Below, piece after piece: positions 20,542-28,988 of a stretch of 39,688 nt of DNA. Under the pieces are notes generated by a model. That model did not search any database, had not been told where the DNA came from, and saw nothing but the letters and a program-made list of their open reading frames with translations. Numbering within the stretch: position 1 is the stretch's first letter; each line of letters begins with the position of its first letter. This DNA is from Promethearchaeota archaeon. GTDB taxonomy: Archaea; Asgardarchaeota; Lokiarchaeia; Sigyniarchaeales; SOKP01. The stretch is taken from positions 1-39,688 of the forward strand of contig SDNY01000020.1 in NCBI GenBank assembly GCA_004524535.1, in the 5' to 3' direction. A program made the translations under genes and the position numbers.

Positions 20542-21094
20542 TTGAAGCAAGGACTTGTCCAAGTCTATTTTGGTAGAGGCAAAACTGCTGCCGTTTAAGG
20601 CAGAAGTGCCTAAGGGTAAAACTACCGCAGCCATAGGACAAGGAATACGCGCTATTGGACATGGTTTTAAAGTATACATGATACAATTTATGAAAGGAAA
20701 TTATAAATATGGAGAGATAAGGGCTCTTAAAGAGCTTCCCAACTTTGAGTTAAAACAATTTGGAAGCCCCGACCTCATAGCAGAACCAGGAGATTTTGAT
20801 CGTGAAGAGGGGAAAAAAGCGCTTGATTTTGCTAAAGAAATCATTATAAGTGATGAATATGATATAGTTATCCTCGATGAGGTGGGGGTTGCTATATCTA
20901 TGAATGTCATATCTGTTGAACCTGTTTTGGAACTTATAAAAAATAAACCTGAAAAAGTGGAATTGATTTTGACAGGGGGTCCACAAATGCATCCCAAAAT
21001 AAAACAAGTTGCTGATTTAGTTACCGAGATGAAAATGATAAAACATTATTATTCCTCTCAGGGTATTACTTCAAGATATGGAATTGAATATTAA
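20542..21094 (+). CDS. cobO: Cob(I)alamin adenosyltransferase CobO/BtuR/CobA, two exons: join(20542..20582,20614..21094), 173 aa
   Basis: Exon 1 from TTG gives MKQGLVQVYFGRG; exon 2 gives (K)GKTTAAIGQG..QFMKG..ILDE..ELILTG..ADLVTEM..KH..GIEY. The ORF-track N-terminus (MSKSILVEA...) is out of frame with exon 1. Confidence 0.88.
20583..20613 (+). other. Candidate 31-nt bulge-helix-bulge (BHB/BHL-type) intron in cobO mRNA
   Basis: 4-bp central helix AGGC(20577-80)/GCCT(20608-11), AAA bulge (20581-83), AAG (20612-14) on the 3' side, internal hairpin ACTGCTGCC-GTTTAA-GGCAGAAGT; in-frame TAA at 20596; excision restores GRGKGKTT. Confidence 0.78.
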
Positions 21095-21109
21095 TTAAAA
21101 AGCTATAAT

Positions 21110-21853
21110 TCATAATTCAAAATTTAAGCCGTCATACGCTGCGATGGTATTATTAAAGAATATTTTAGCTGCTGTTTCTGACTGTTTTCGTTCTTCCATT
21201 GTTTTGTAAAGGCTGGCGTCAAAATGTGTAATTATAAGTTGCTTAACATTACATTGTTTAGCGATATTGGCAGCAGATTCTGGATTTAGATGGGGCCAAG
21301 AGTCTTCAAATTGACCAGATTTATAAGAACACTCGCTTATTAGTAAATCAACATCGTTTGCAAGTTCTAAGATATTATCACACATACCAGTGTCAGTACA
21401 ATACGCAATTTTTTTATCATCAAGCTCAAATCTATAACCTAAACAAAGATCTGAATGAACAAGGAGTTTACAATTGAAATTAACTGGCTGTTTGTATTCA
21501 CCTTCTTCTATTTCATGTATTTCTGCGTTAAAAGGTAATTCACTTAACGGCACAGTAAAAGGATGGCGTAAAATTGTATCAATATTTTTTTTGATCCCAG
21601 TATATCCATATATTTGCATCTTTTCTTTAAATTGAAATTTATTAAAGATATGAATTCCAACGATATGATCAAGGTGCAAATGACTAAGAAATAATAGAAT
21701 TGGCTTATCATCCTTTATATAATTATCTATTTTGTAAAGACCATCACCAGCATCAAGAATTATATAAAATTCTCTTGAGTCAATTAGAATACAGGAAGTG
21801 TTGCCAGTTAATGTTGAAAACCAGCCATTAGTTCCTAAAAAAATAACTTTCAA
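21110..21853 (-). CDS. Metallo-beta-lactamase-fold hydrolase, RNase Z/ElaC-like
   Basis: FLGT.G, LDAG.G, SHLHLDH, YCTDT, LISECS, H...A, THF; TTG start. Confidence 0.85.
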   Translation of the reverse strand: MKVIFLGTNGWFSTLTGNTSCILIDSREFYIILDAGDGLYKIDNYIKDDKPILLFLSHLHLDHIVGIHIFNKFQFKEKMQIYGYTGIKKNIDTILRHPFTVPLSELPFNAEIHEIEEGEYKQPVNFNCKLLVHSDLCLGYRFELDDKKIAYCTDTGMCDNILELANDVDLLISECSYKSGQFEDSWPHLNPESAANIAKQCNVKQLIITHFDASLYKTMEERKQSETAAKIFFNNTIAAYDGLNFEL

Positions 21854-21920
21854 ATTTTAGTGTCAACTTTTAGTATTGTTACCATTTGATGGCATCGGGG
21901 TCAGAAAAGTTTAACTTATT

Positions 21921-22130
21921 TTAGTCGAATTCGACACCGATTTCCTTGAAAGAGACCTTAGGATATTGGGCAATCGCAATCACTTCTTTCCTTAAATAAT
22001 AGAAGAACAACTTATGCGTCCATCTTAGATGGTTCATCCTATTTGAAATATTATTCTCTTGAAGGAGTGCATAAAACCAATCCAAGTCCTTAGAGATTTT
22101 TGCTCTTCTAAATTCAACAAATTCTCCCAT
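21921..22130 (-). CDS. Small hypothetical protein
   Basis: 69-aa ORF with ATG start; no recognised motif. Confidence 0.35.
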   Translation of the reverse strand: MGEFVEFRRAKISKDLDWFYALLQENNISNRMNHLRWTHKLFFYYLRKEVIAIAQYPKVSFKEIGVEFD

Positions 22131-22292
22131 ACCATTTCTCTTTGATCTTTTTCTCGTTCATTTTGAATGTTTGAAACTTTTAAAAATCAAGAAAGCTTTA
22201 CAGTCCCCTATAATATGTATAAAAATGAATTACTCAACATATTGGATTTAGAATATAATGATTATATTATGATAGTTATAATTGATTAAGCT

Positions 22293-24077
22293 ATGGATAT
22301 GGGATGCATTATAAGACCTGGAGATGAGGTTAAAATATTACCTGATTTTACAAAAGCAAGTATATTATTTGATGAATTAAGGGATTATGTTGAAGAAGTT
22401 ATAATACGAGCAGATATAGAGATTTTAACTAGAATAGGTACAATACTAGATGAAACATTATATTCATATATGGGATTAAAAGCTAGCCAATTTAGGACAA
22501 TGAAATATAGATTAAATAAAAAGAATTTACCTTCGCTTTATTTTATACCAAGAGTTTATCTCAATCTTTATGATAAATTGAGACCTTATGTATCGGATAA
22601 GGATTGGAAGACTATAGAATGTAAAATTAATGAGTTATATTCTGTTTTATTTCGAAGTAACTTAGGATTTTCAGATTTCAAATCTTTATACTTAAATCCT
22701 CAAATTGTCGACTTTAGCAAATTCAAAGAACTGTTTAGATCTTTCAAATATGGTCAAAGAAGTTCTCACATAGTATCTCAAAAACGATTTTTAATAGATA
22801 AATTAGAATTATCTTTCTTTAGTATTTTTCTTGAGTTTAGGGAAGGTAAAAGATCGCTTACTACAACCGATAGACATCTTAGTAACTTATTATTTGATAA
22901 AGCTTATAGGACAAATATTTTTACAGCTACTGAAAAAGAAGAAAGAATTAATTTGCCAACTCTTTTAGCTCTCATTTATAGAATAGATTGTTTAACATTA
23001 TTAGATTTAAAGTCTAAGGGTGTTAATAGTGCTAATCTACATAAGCTTGAGAGGCTGAAGGATAACTTTAGAGCAATAATAGAAGATTTTATTGTTAGCA
23101 ATCCTTACATTGATAGTCCATATATTGGTAAATGGGGTGAGACTATTATTGAGCGTGAACCAGAATTTTATAGACCTGAGCTGGAATTATTAATCGAATT
23201 TTATATTGCTTTTTCCAATCAAAAAGGTCGAGAGATTTCACTTGAAGAATTAAAGAATGAATTAGGCATTAATCCAGGATTTTTAAATTTACATGATGTT
23301 AGCATTATTACATGGAATACATTCTTAAAATTAGTTGGCGAGTTTAAAGGTAATTATTACTTTTTAGGTATCCTGCATAAGAGCTTAACTTGTAAAAATT
23401 ATAAGCGAACGTCTCAAGCATTAAGAATTTATAGGAATGATAGAGAAATAAATCCGCCAAAAGAGTCGGGATATCATGAGAATTGGAATGATAGGGATTT
23501 AAAGGATTTTCATATCGTGATTTTATTATTAAGAGATCTTGGTCATGATATTCGTAACCTACAGCCAATAGATTCATCTTCGTTTTTAAGACAATTAAAT
23601 AATAAATATAAGTTCAGACGTCATCATATATTTAAGGAAAGTGATAGAAAAAGTTTAGATCCAAATAAATTGGCTTTAGTAATACAAGCTTATCATTATG
23701 CCTTAGAGAGTCTTGATACTTCAACTGTTAATGATTTAATCAGCAAAAGACTTAATTGGAATGATAATTCATGTCCACAATTTTATAAGGAATTATTTCC
23801 AGATGATTGGAATGATTTATGGCAAGAAATTATTGAAAGGCGAGATTATTTAAAACAGCGTGGTGTTGAAGAATTTCTTAAGAAATATTATCCTGATGTG
23901 GTTACTCGAGTATTTGGGAATCGATTTGTCAAAGGATCATTAGAGACTAAAGTAAGAAATATGATTTATAATTGGATAAAATTAGGAAATCCAATACCTA
24001 ATCTTCCAGATTATTTAGATAATATTTTAATAGGTCCAATTCAACAAAAAATAACAAATTATTTAGGAAATCTTTAA
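22293..24077 (+). CDS. Large hypothetical protein with possible HTH-like and C-terminal HNH-like motifs
   Basis: 594-aa uninterrupted ORF in an AT-rich background; ISLEELKNELGIN; FRRHHIF...LALVIQAYH. Confidence 0.6.
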   Translation: MDMGCIIRPGDEVKILPDFTKASILFDELRDYVEEVIIRADIEILTRIGTILDETLYSYMGLKASQFRTMKYRLNKKNLPSLYFIPRVYLNLYDKLRPYVSDKDWKTIECKINELYSVLFRSNLGFSDFKSLYLNPQIVDFSKFKELFRSFKYGQRSSHIVSQKRFLIDKLELSFFSIFLEFREGKRSLTTTDRHLSNLLFDKAYRTNIFTATEKEERINLPTLLALIYRIDCLTLLDLKSKGVNSANLHKLERLKDNFRAIIEDFIVSNPYIDSPYIGKWGETIIEREPEFYRPELELLIEFYIAFSNQKGREISLEELKNELGINPGFLNLHDVSIITWNTFLKLVGEFKGNYYFLGILHKSLTCKNYKRTSQALRIYRNDREINPPKESGYHENWNDRDLKDFHIVILLLRDLGHDIRNLQPIDSSSFLRQLNNKYKFRRHHIFKESDRKSLDPNKLALVIQAYHYALESLDTSTVNDLISKRLNWNDNSCPQFYKELFPDDWNDLWQEIIERRDYLKQRGVEEFLKKYYPDVVTRVFGNRFVKGSLETKVRNMIYNWIKLGNPIPNLPDYLDNILIGPIQQKITNYLGNL

Positions 24078-24273
24078 GTTTTTAATAAAATACTTTTTTT
24101 TAAAATATGTACATTTGTTCATTGTAATAATATAGATAAATATATGATTTATATTCCAAAGTATTATGGATGGTTTTATATAAATTGCTATAGAAAGAGT
24201 CTTGCTATTTAATTCTATGATTAGAAAATAAAAATTAGAAAAATAAAATAATCTTTATCTTTTATAGAAATGA

Positions 24274-24717
24274 TCATCCAGGAAAGACAATTGTACCTTC
24301 ACCAGAAGTCACTACTTCATCCTTTTCATTCTTTACAATCGTGTCGCAGATAATGAATTTTAATTTACCCTCTTTTTTAGTAAATTTATCTTTTACTGTA
24401 GCTATAGCGGTTAATTTATCACCGAAAAATACAGGTTTAAGAAATTTAACTGTCTGACCACCATATAAAATACCTGGTCCAAACAATTTGGTACCTAAAA
24501 CCGCTGAAATTAAACCAGAACTTAAAGCTCCATGCGCTACTTGTTTCCCAAACATCTGAGTTTTTGCATATTCAGGATTAACATGGATAGGGTTGTAATC
24601 ACCAGTTACTTCTGCAAATTTCATGACATCTTCTTCAGTTATCGTTTTAGTAAACTCTGCTGATTGCCCAATTTCGTAATCTTCCCATTTAACGGGTTTT
24701 AAATTTGAATTCGTCAT
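24274..24717 (-). CDS. MaoC-family (R)-specific enoyl-CoA hydratase/dehydratase
   Basis: FAEVTGDYNPIH, AHGAL, FLKPVFFGD hot-dog hydratase motif; ATG at 24717 preferred. Confidence 0.92.
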   Translation of the reverse strand: MTNSNLKPVKWEDYEIGQSAEFTKTITEEDVMKFAEVTGDYNPIHVNPEYAKTQMFGKQVAHGALSSGLISAVLGTKLFGPGILYGGQTVKFLKPVFFGDKLTAIATVKDKFTKKEGKLKFIICDTIVKNEKDEVVTSGEGTIVFPG

Positions 24718-24886
24718 AATAATAATCAAATGAAGTTATAGATAAAAAGGTTAACCTTCTAATTATGTATAAAAAAAATGCTCAAAAAAGTATATTAGAA
24801 ATCATAAGAAATTTAATTTTTCGATTATTCAATTTTTTAATTTAAATTAATTATAAGATTAAAATTAAAGAAAAAAGTGTAAAATT

Positions 24887-26146
24887 ATGGGAAAATTAGC
24901 AAGGAAAGTCGCATTAGTTGGAGCTGGTATGTGTAAATTTGGTGCGAATTTTCCGCACCAACGGAATCCAGATATGTGGGTAGAGGCTTGGTTAGACGCG
25001 GTGAGAAGAACTGATAATGGAATAGAACCAAAAGATATTGATGCATGTTATGTGGGAAATTATTCTTCAGATTTATTCAATCACCAGGGACATTTGGGAC
25101 CTCAAATGGCTGGTTTAGTTGGATTAGTTCCTAAACCTGCTTCTCGGTTTGAAGGCGCATGTGCTAGTAGTGGTATAGCATTTAGGCAGGCGATTATTGC
25201 TATTGCTTCAGGTATACATGATGTAGTATGTGTCTCTGGAGTTGAATGCATGACAGAATTACCAACAACAGGAGTTACAGACGTTTTAGCGACGGCCTCG
25301 GATAGTTTATTTGAATATCCTGCGGGTGCCACATTTCCAGGATTATATGCAACTTTAGCATCCGCACATTTTCACAAATATGGAACTACAGTAGAAGATT
25401 TAATGAGAGTTGCTATAAAGAATCATGAAAATGGAAAAGAGAATCCATATGCTCAGATGCAATCATCGATAAAAGATATAATGAATAGCAAAATATCAAA
25501 AATAAAAGCCTCTGGAGGAGAGATTCCAGATTGGAAGGATGAATTTGATTTTCTTAAGAGTAGATCAAATCCAATGATTGCTTATCCGTTACGTCTATTT
25601 GATTGTAGCCTTGTAACTGATGGAGCAGCGTGTCTTTTTATTGCTGCAGGCGATGTAGCAAAAAAATTTACCGATACACCTATTTGGATCACTGGAACTG
25701 GCCAGGGATCAGCAGAATTATCTATGCACGATAGAGAGTCTTTAACTAGCTTTATCGCAACGAAGGAGGCTGCACGTCAGGCATATGAAATGTCTGGATT
25801 AAAACCAAAGGATATCCAAATTGCGGAAGTCCATGATTGTTTTACAATAGCAGAAATTGTCGCACTTGAAGATTTGGGCTTTTATGAGAAAGGCAAGGCC
25901 GTTGATGCCATAAAAAATGGAGAAACAAAAAGGGATGGTTCTCTCCCGATTAATGTAAGTGGTGGATTGAAGAGTAAAGGTCATCCTGTAGGAGCCACAG
26001 GTGCTGCATTTGCAGTGGAAGCATTTAAACAAATGAGAGGTATCGCTGAGAGAAATAGACAAGTCAAATTTGATGTCGAACGTATGCTTACTCATAATTT
26101 AGGTGGATCCGGAGCAACATGCGTCGTAACGATATTTGAAAAATAA
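24887..26146 (+). CDS. Thiolase (archaeal/SCP2-type acetyl-CoA acyltransferase)
   Basis: EGACASSG catalytic Cys, EVHDCF, SGGL..KGHPVGATG, HNLGG. Confidence 0.92.
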   Translation: MGKLARKVALVGAGMCKFGANFPHQRNPDMWVEAWLDAVRRTDNGIEPKDIDACYVGNYSSDLFNHQGHLGPQMAGLVGLVPKPASRFEGACASSGIAFRQAIIAIASGIHDVVCVSGVECMTELPTTGVTDVLATASDSLFEYPAGATFPGLYATLASAHFHKYGTTVEDLMRVAIKNHENGKENPYAQMQSSIKDIMNSKISKIKASGGEIPDWKDEFDFLKSRSNPMIAYPLRLFDCSLVTDGAACLFIAAGDVAKKFTDTPIWITGTGQGSAELSMHDRESLTSFIATKEAARQAYEMSGLKPKDIQIAEVHDCFTIAEIVALEDLGFYEKGKAVDAIKNGETKRDGSLPINVSGGLKSKGHPVGATGAAFAVEAFKQMRGIAERNRQVKFDVERMLTHNLGGSGATCVVTIFEK

Positions 26147-26161
26147 AGGTGAGAAAAAAAA

Positions 26162-26584
26162 ATGTCTGAAAATGAGAGAGATTTTACTATTAAAAGTTAT
26201 TTAGATTTCTTGGCTGAGAAAAAACTAATGGGTTCTAAATGTAAAAATTGTAACGCTACTTATGTACCTGTAAGAAAACTGTGCACTAAATGTAATACGG
26301 CAAATATGGAATGGATTGAAATGTCAGGGAAAGGCAAACTTGCTGCGTTCACTAGTATTACGGTAGGAACTCCTTTTTTCGTAGAAAAAGGGTATGGTCG
26401 AAATAAACCCTATTGCTTTTCAGTTATTAAATTGGACGAAGGGCCAATGGTTAGTGGTCAATTGATTGGTGTGGATGAATCTAAACCAGAAACTATTAAA
26501 ATAGAAACTCCCGTGAAGGCTATATTTTTAGAAACGGAACTCAAAGGAGAAACAAGAGTCGATTTAGGATTTGAGCCCGTCTAA
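26162..26584 (+). CDS. DUF35 / ChsH2-like Zn-ribbon OB-fold thiolase partner
   Basis: CKNC...CTKC zinc ribbon, SGKG, PY....IKLDEGP; directly downstream of the thiolase. Confidence 0.9.
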   Translation: MSENERDFTIKSYLDFLAEKKLMGSKCKNCNATYVPVRKLCTKCNTANMEWIEMSGKGKLAAFTSITVGTPFFVEKGYGRNKPYCFSVIKLDEGPMVSGQLIGVDESKPETIKIETPVKAIFLETELKGETRVDLGFEPV

Positions 26585-26600
26585 ATATGTAATTATTTTA

Positions 26601-26620
26601 TATTCTTCTCTTTTTTTTAA
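26601..26620 (+). terminator. T-rich archaeal terminator after thiolase/DUF35
   Basis: TTCTTCTCTTTTTTTT run shortly after the stop codon. Confidence 0.45.
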
Positions 26621-26803
26621 TTTTAATAATGATCCGAATAGATATTTTCTAGAATAGAATTGATCTTATAATGAATTTACATAAAGAAAGAATATCGTTC
26701 GTTAATAAGTTTTACTTTAAATAACTTATTCTATATTATATTTATTATAAAAAGAAAATTTAAATTGAGTTTTTTATTTAATAGACCAAAGAAAGAATAG
26801 TTT

Positions 26804-27508
26804 ATGAATATGCAAAGAAAATACCGTATAAAATCAAAAGAAAAATCGAAAGAAACAAAAGAACCAATAACAAAAAAAAAAGTTATAGTTGCTACTTTTT
26901 TAATATTTTTTGCTTTTTTCGGATCTTTTCTTTTTTATTTCTTATTGTCGATTGCATTAAATACTGATACTCCAATGGTGGTAGTAGTTTCAGATTCAAT
27001 GGCACCAAAGATTAATACAGGGGACCTATTATTTCTACAGGGGAGAGATCCTGAGGATATAGAAGTGGGAGATGTTGTTGTTTATGACGCTCCATGGGCA
27101 GGAGCACCTGATGAACCTATTGTTCACCGGGTCGTTGGTATAAGATATAATGAAGAAAAAGATCGATATGAATTTCGAACTAAAGGGGATGCTAATGATT
27201 ATAAGGATGAGGAATGGTTCCCAGAACAGCGTATTAGAGGAGTAGTAATTGGCAGAATTCCGTACATTGGCTGGGTTAAAATAGTTTTAACAGATTATGG
27301 ATTATTCCTTCCAATTCTTATAATTCTCTCAGTTCCTCTTATTATAAGTATAATTTGGGATATTATTAAAGGTGAAGAGGAGAAGGAAAAGGAAGAAAAA
27401 ATGGAAAAAACAGATTTTTTAGAAGAAGAAATCAAAATAAAAGATGAAAGAAAACAAATAAAGAAAGTTGATCGAGTGGAGAGTAGAGATGACGATTTTG
27501 ATTTCTAA
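26804..27508 (+). CDS. Signal peptidase I, archaeal/ER Sec11 type
   Basis: TM then VVSDSMAP (Ser), GD, IVHRV (His), TKGDAN, IPYIG, second TM. Confidence 0.92.
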   Translation: MNMQRKYRIKSKEKSKETKEPITKKKVIVATFLIFFAFFGSFLFYFLLSIALNTDTPMVVVVSDSMAPKINTGDLLFLQGRDPEDIEVGDVVVYDAPWAGAPDEPIVHRVVGIRYNEEKDRYEFRTKGDANDYKDEEWFPEQRIRGVVIGRIPYIGWVKIVLTDYGLFLPILIILSVPLIISIIWDIIKGEEEKEKEEKMEKTDFLEEEIKIKDERKQIKKVDRVESRDDDFDF

Positions 27509-27749
27509 AAGCTTAATTAAATTCTTCTCGAAGTTTATGTTTATATTAATCCTCTAATAAACTTTAATATATTTCCTTAATTTAACACAAATGACTATAC
27601 TATCGAAAAATAGTGTAGAATAATAACATCATAATTTGTAATAAAAAATTATGATAGAACATCGTACATTATACGAAAAAACTAAAAAATCAAAAAAGCA
27701 AACAAAACTAAATATCAAAAAAACAAATAAAACATTAAAGGTAATGAAA

Positions 27750-28028
27750 ATGTCCAAAGACGAAAATGCTGTGTTTGTTGGCCGACGTCCCACCATGAAT
27801 TATGTGATGGCGACGATGATGATCCTTAACAAAGGTGAAGACTGCACTGTTAAGGCACGTGGCAGAGCTATTTCTCATGCTGTCGATGTATGCGAAATTT
27901 TACGCAACAGATTTTTAAAAGGCACAGAATATAAAGATATAAGATTATCTACTGAACAATTAGAAGGAGAAAATGGACAAAATAATAACGTATCAAGTAT
28001 AGAGATTGTCCTTGCTCCACCAAAATAA
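27750..28028 (+). CDS. albA: DNA/RNA-binding protein Alba
   Basis: VFVGRRPTMNYV, VKARGRAISHAVDV, VSSIEIVL; ATG at 27750 preferred over the low-complexity upstream extension. Confidence 0.92.
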   Translation: MSKDENAVFVGRRPTMNYVMATMMILNKGEDCTVKARGRAISHAVDVCEILRNRFLKGTEYKDIRLSTEQLEGENGQNNNVSSIEIVLAPPK

Positions 28029-28149
28029 AACAGAGAAGTTAAATAGTTAAGTTCTCTTCAGTAAAACAAAAAAACAATTTTTTTTTTTCATTTCCTATTT
28101 AATTTTTATGTTTAATCATCTCTATTTTTATGTGAACTTTAAATAATTA

Positions 28150-28198
28150 TTTATAAACCTCTAGTTACCATTAAAAGTAAATTATTTAACGGAAGTGA
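28150..28198 (+). promoter_or_regulatory. TATA box and SD-like site for the small ORF at 28204
   Basis: TTTATAAA at 28150-28157; GGAAGTGA at 28191-28198. Confidence 0.45.
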
Positions 28199-28203
28199 AT
28201 TTA

Positions 28204-28320
28204 ATGGAGTTAAGCAAAAAAGTGTTGGTTGCTTTAGCTATTCTATTAACAGTTTCTTATGGTTTAAGTATGGCTGCGGCTGGAGTAAGCATTCCAGGAT
28301 GCGGCGAAGCTGCCCCTTAA
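28204..28320 (+). CDS. Uncalled 38-aa signal-peptide/single-TM microprotein
   Basis: MELSKKVLVALAILLTVSYGLSMAAAGVSIPGCGEAAP*; GC content above the flanks; TATA and SD upstream; poly-T downstream. Confidence 0.65.
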   Translation: MELSKKVLVALAILLTVSYGLSMAAAGVSIPGCGEAAP

Positions 28321-28734
28321 ATCCTAAGGAATGTTTTAAATAATAGCTAAAAATTTATATTTTTTTTTCTTTTTTTTGCTAAATTGGAAAAATTTATTAT
28401 ATATAATATCTATAGAAATTCAATTTTTGCTTTATTTTCAAAAAAAAGAAAGATTTTAAATGTTCAAATCAAGAGCTTATATCTCTCAAAAGATTACATA
28501 CTTTTTATATGTAATTTTTCATGAAAATACATTTACCGATTAAATTTTCGGTTTTTGGATCCTTTAGAAAATACTATTTAACCTAAAAAAATGTGATTTA
28601 ACTAAGATTTAACAATAAATTTCAATAACATTTAAAAACTCAATTATACAAATTATTAATTAACAGTATTTAGAATTTTTTACAAAACTAATTAATAATA
28701 ATATAAAAACCTTAATTAAAAGAGGGAATAAATT

Positions 28735-28929
28735 ATGGCTAAAAAAGGTTCAGAACCACTATTTGTTAAATCTAAAGTTAGAGAGTTTATCAAATCTAAA
28801 GGATGTAATACGAGTAGTGCCGTTTTAGATGGTGATTCTTTGAATGGTATCATCATGGGCATGCTAGACAAAGCTGTCGGTAGAGCACAAGGAAACGGCA
28901 GAAAAACAGTAAAAGCTCGAGATTTATAA
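28735..28929 (+). CDS. Histone-fold protein (minimal, face-to-face/bacterial-histone-like type)
   Basis: LFVKSKVREFIKSKG...LDKAVGRAQGNGRKTVKARDL; RKTV...D histone L2 motif; ends right after RDL. Confidence 0.85.
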   Translation: MAKKGSEPLFVKSKVREFIKSKGCNTSSAVLDGDSLNGIIMGMLDKAVGRAQGNGRKTVKARDL

Positions 28930-28947
28930 TCTTAATTCTAACATTAT

Positions 28948-28975
28948 CTTTTTTTTTTATTTTTATTTATCTTTT
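28948..28975. terminator. Poly-T terminator between the convergent histone and rad50 genes
   Basis: Long T tracts immediately after the histone stop. Confidence 0.45.
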
Positions 28976-28988
28976 CTAAATCAAAAAG

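Noticed and set aside
20555-20613. ORF-track N-terminus MSKSILVEAKLLPFKAEVP for CobO
   Set aside because: It lacks the conserved G-L-V-x-V-Y-x-G-x-G strand, which is encoded in another frame from 20542; this N-terminus simply reads through the insert.
20581-20614. Programmed ribosomal frameshift or single-base sequencing error as the explanation for the cobO break
   Set aside because: Either would leave about 10 extra residues inside the P-loop; only removal of 31 nt restores the motif.
21860-21945. Second BHB intron joining the 69-aa ORF to the MBL gene
   Set aside because: Inverted repeats are present, but I found no 4-bp helix with 3-nt bulges, and the MBL gene already has a complete N-terminus.
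25470-25570. Thiolase in-frame insertion as an intron or intein
   Set aside because: No stop codon, no BHB fold and no intein terminal residues; it looks like an ordinary protein loop.
27651-27749. Lys-rich N-terminal extension of Alba as a histone-like tail
   Set aside because: It derives from A-rich low-complexity upstream DNA, and the Alba motifs begin just after ATG 27750.
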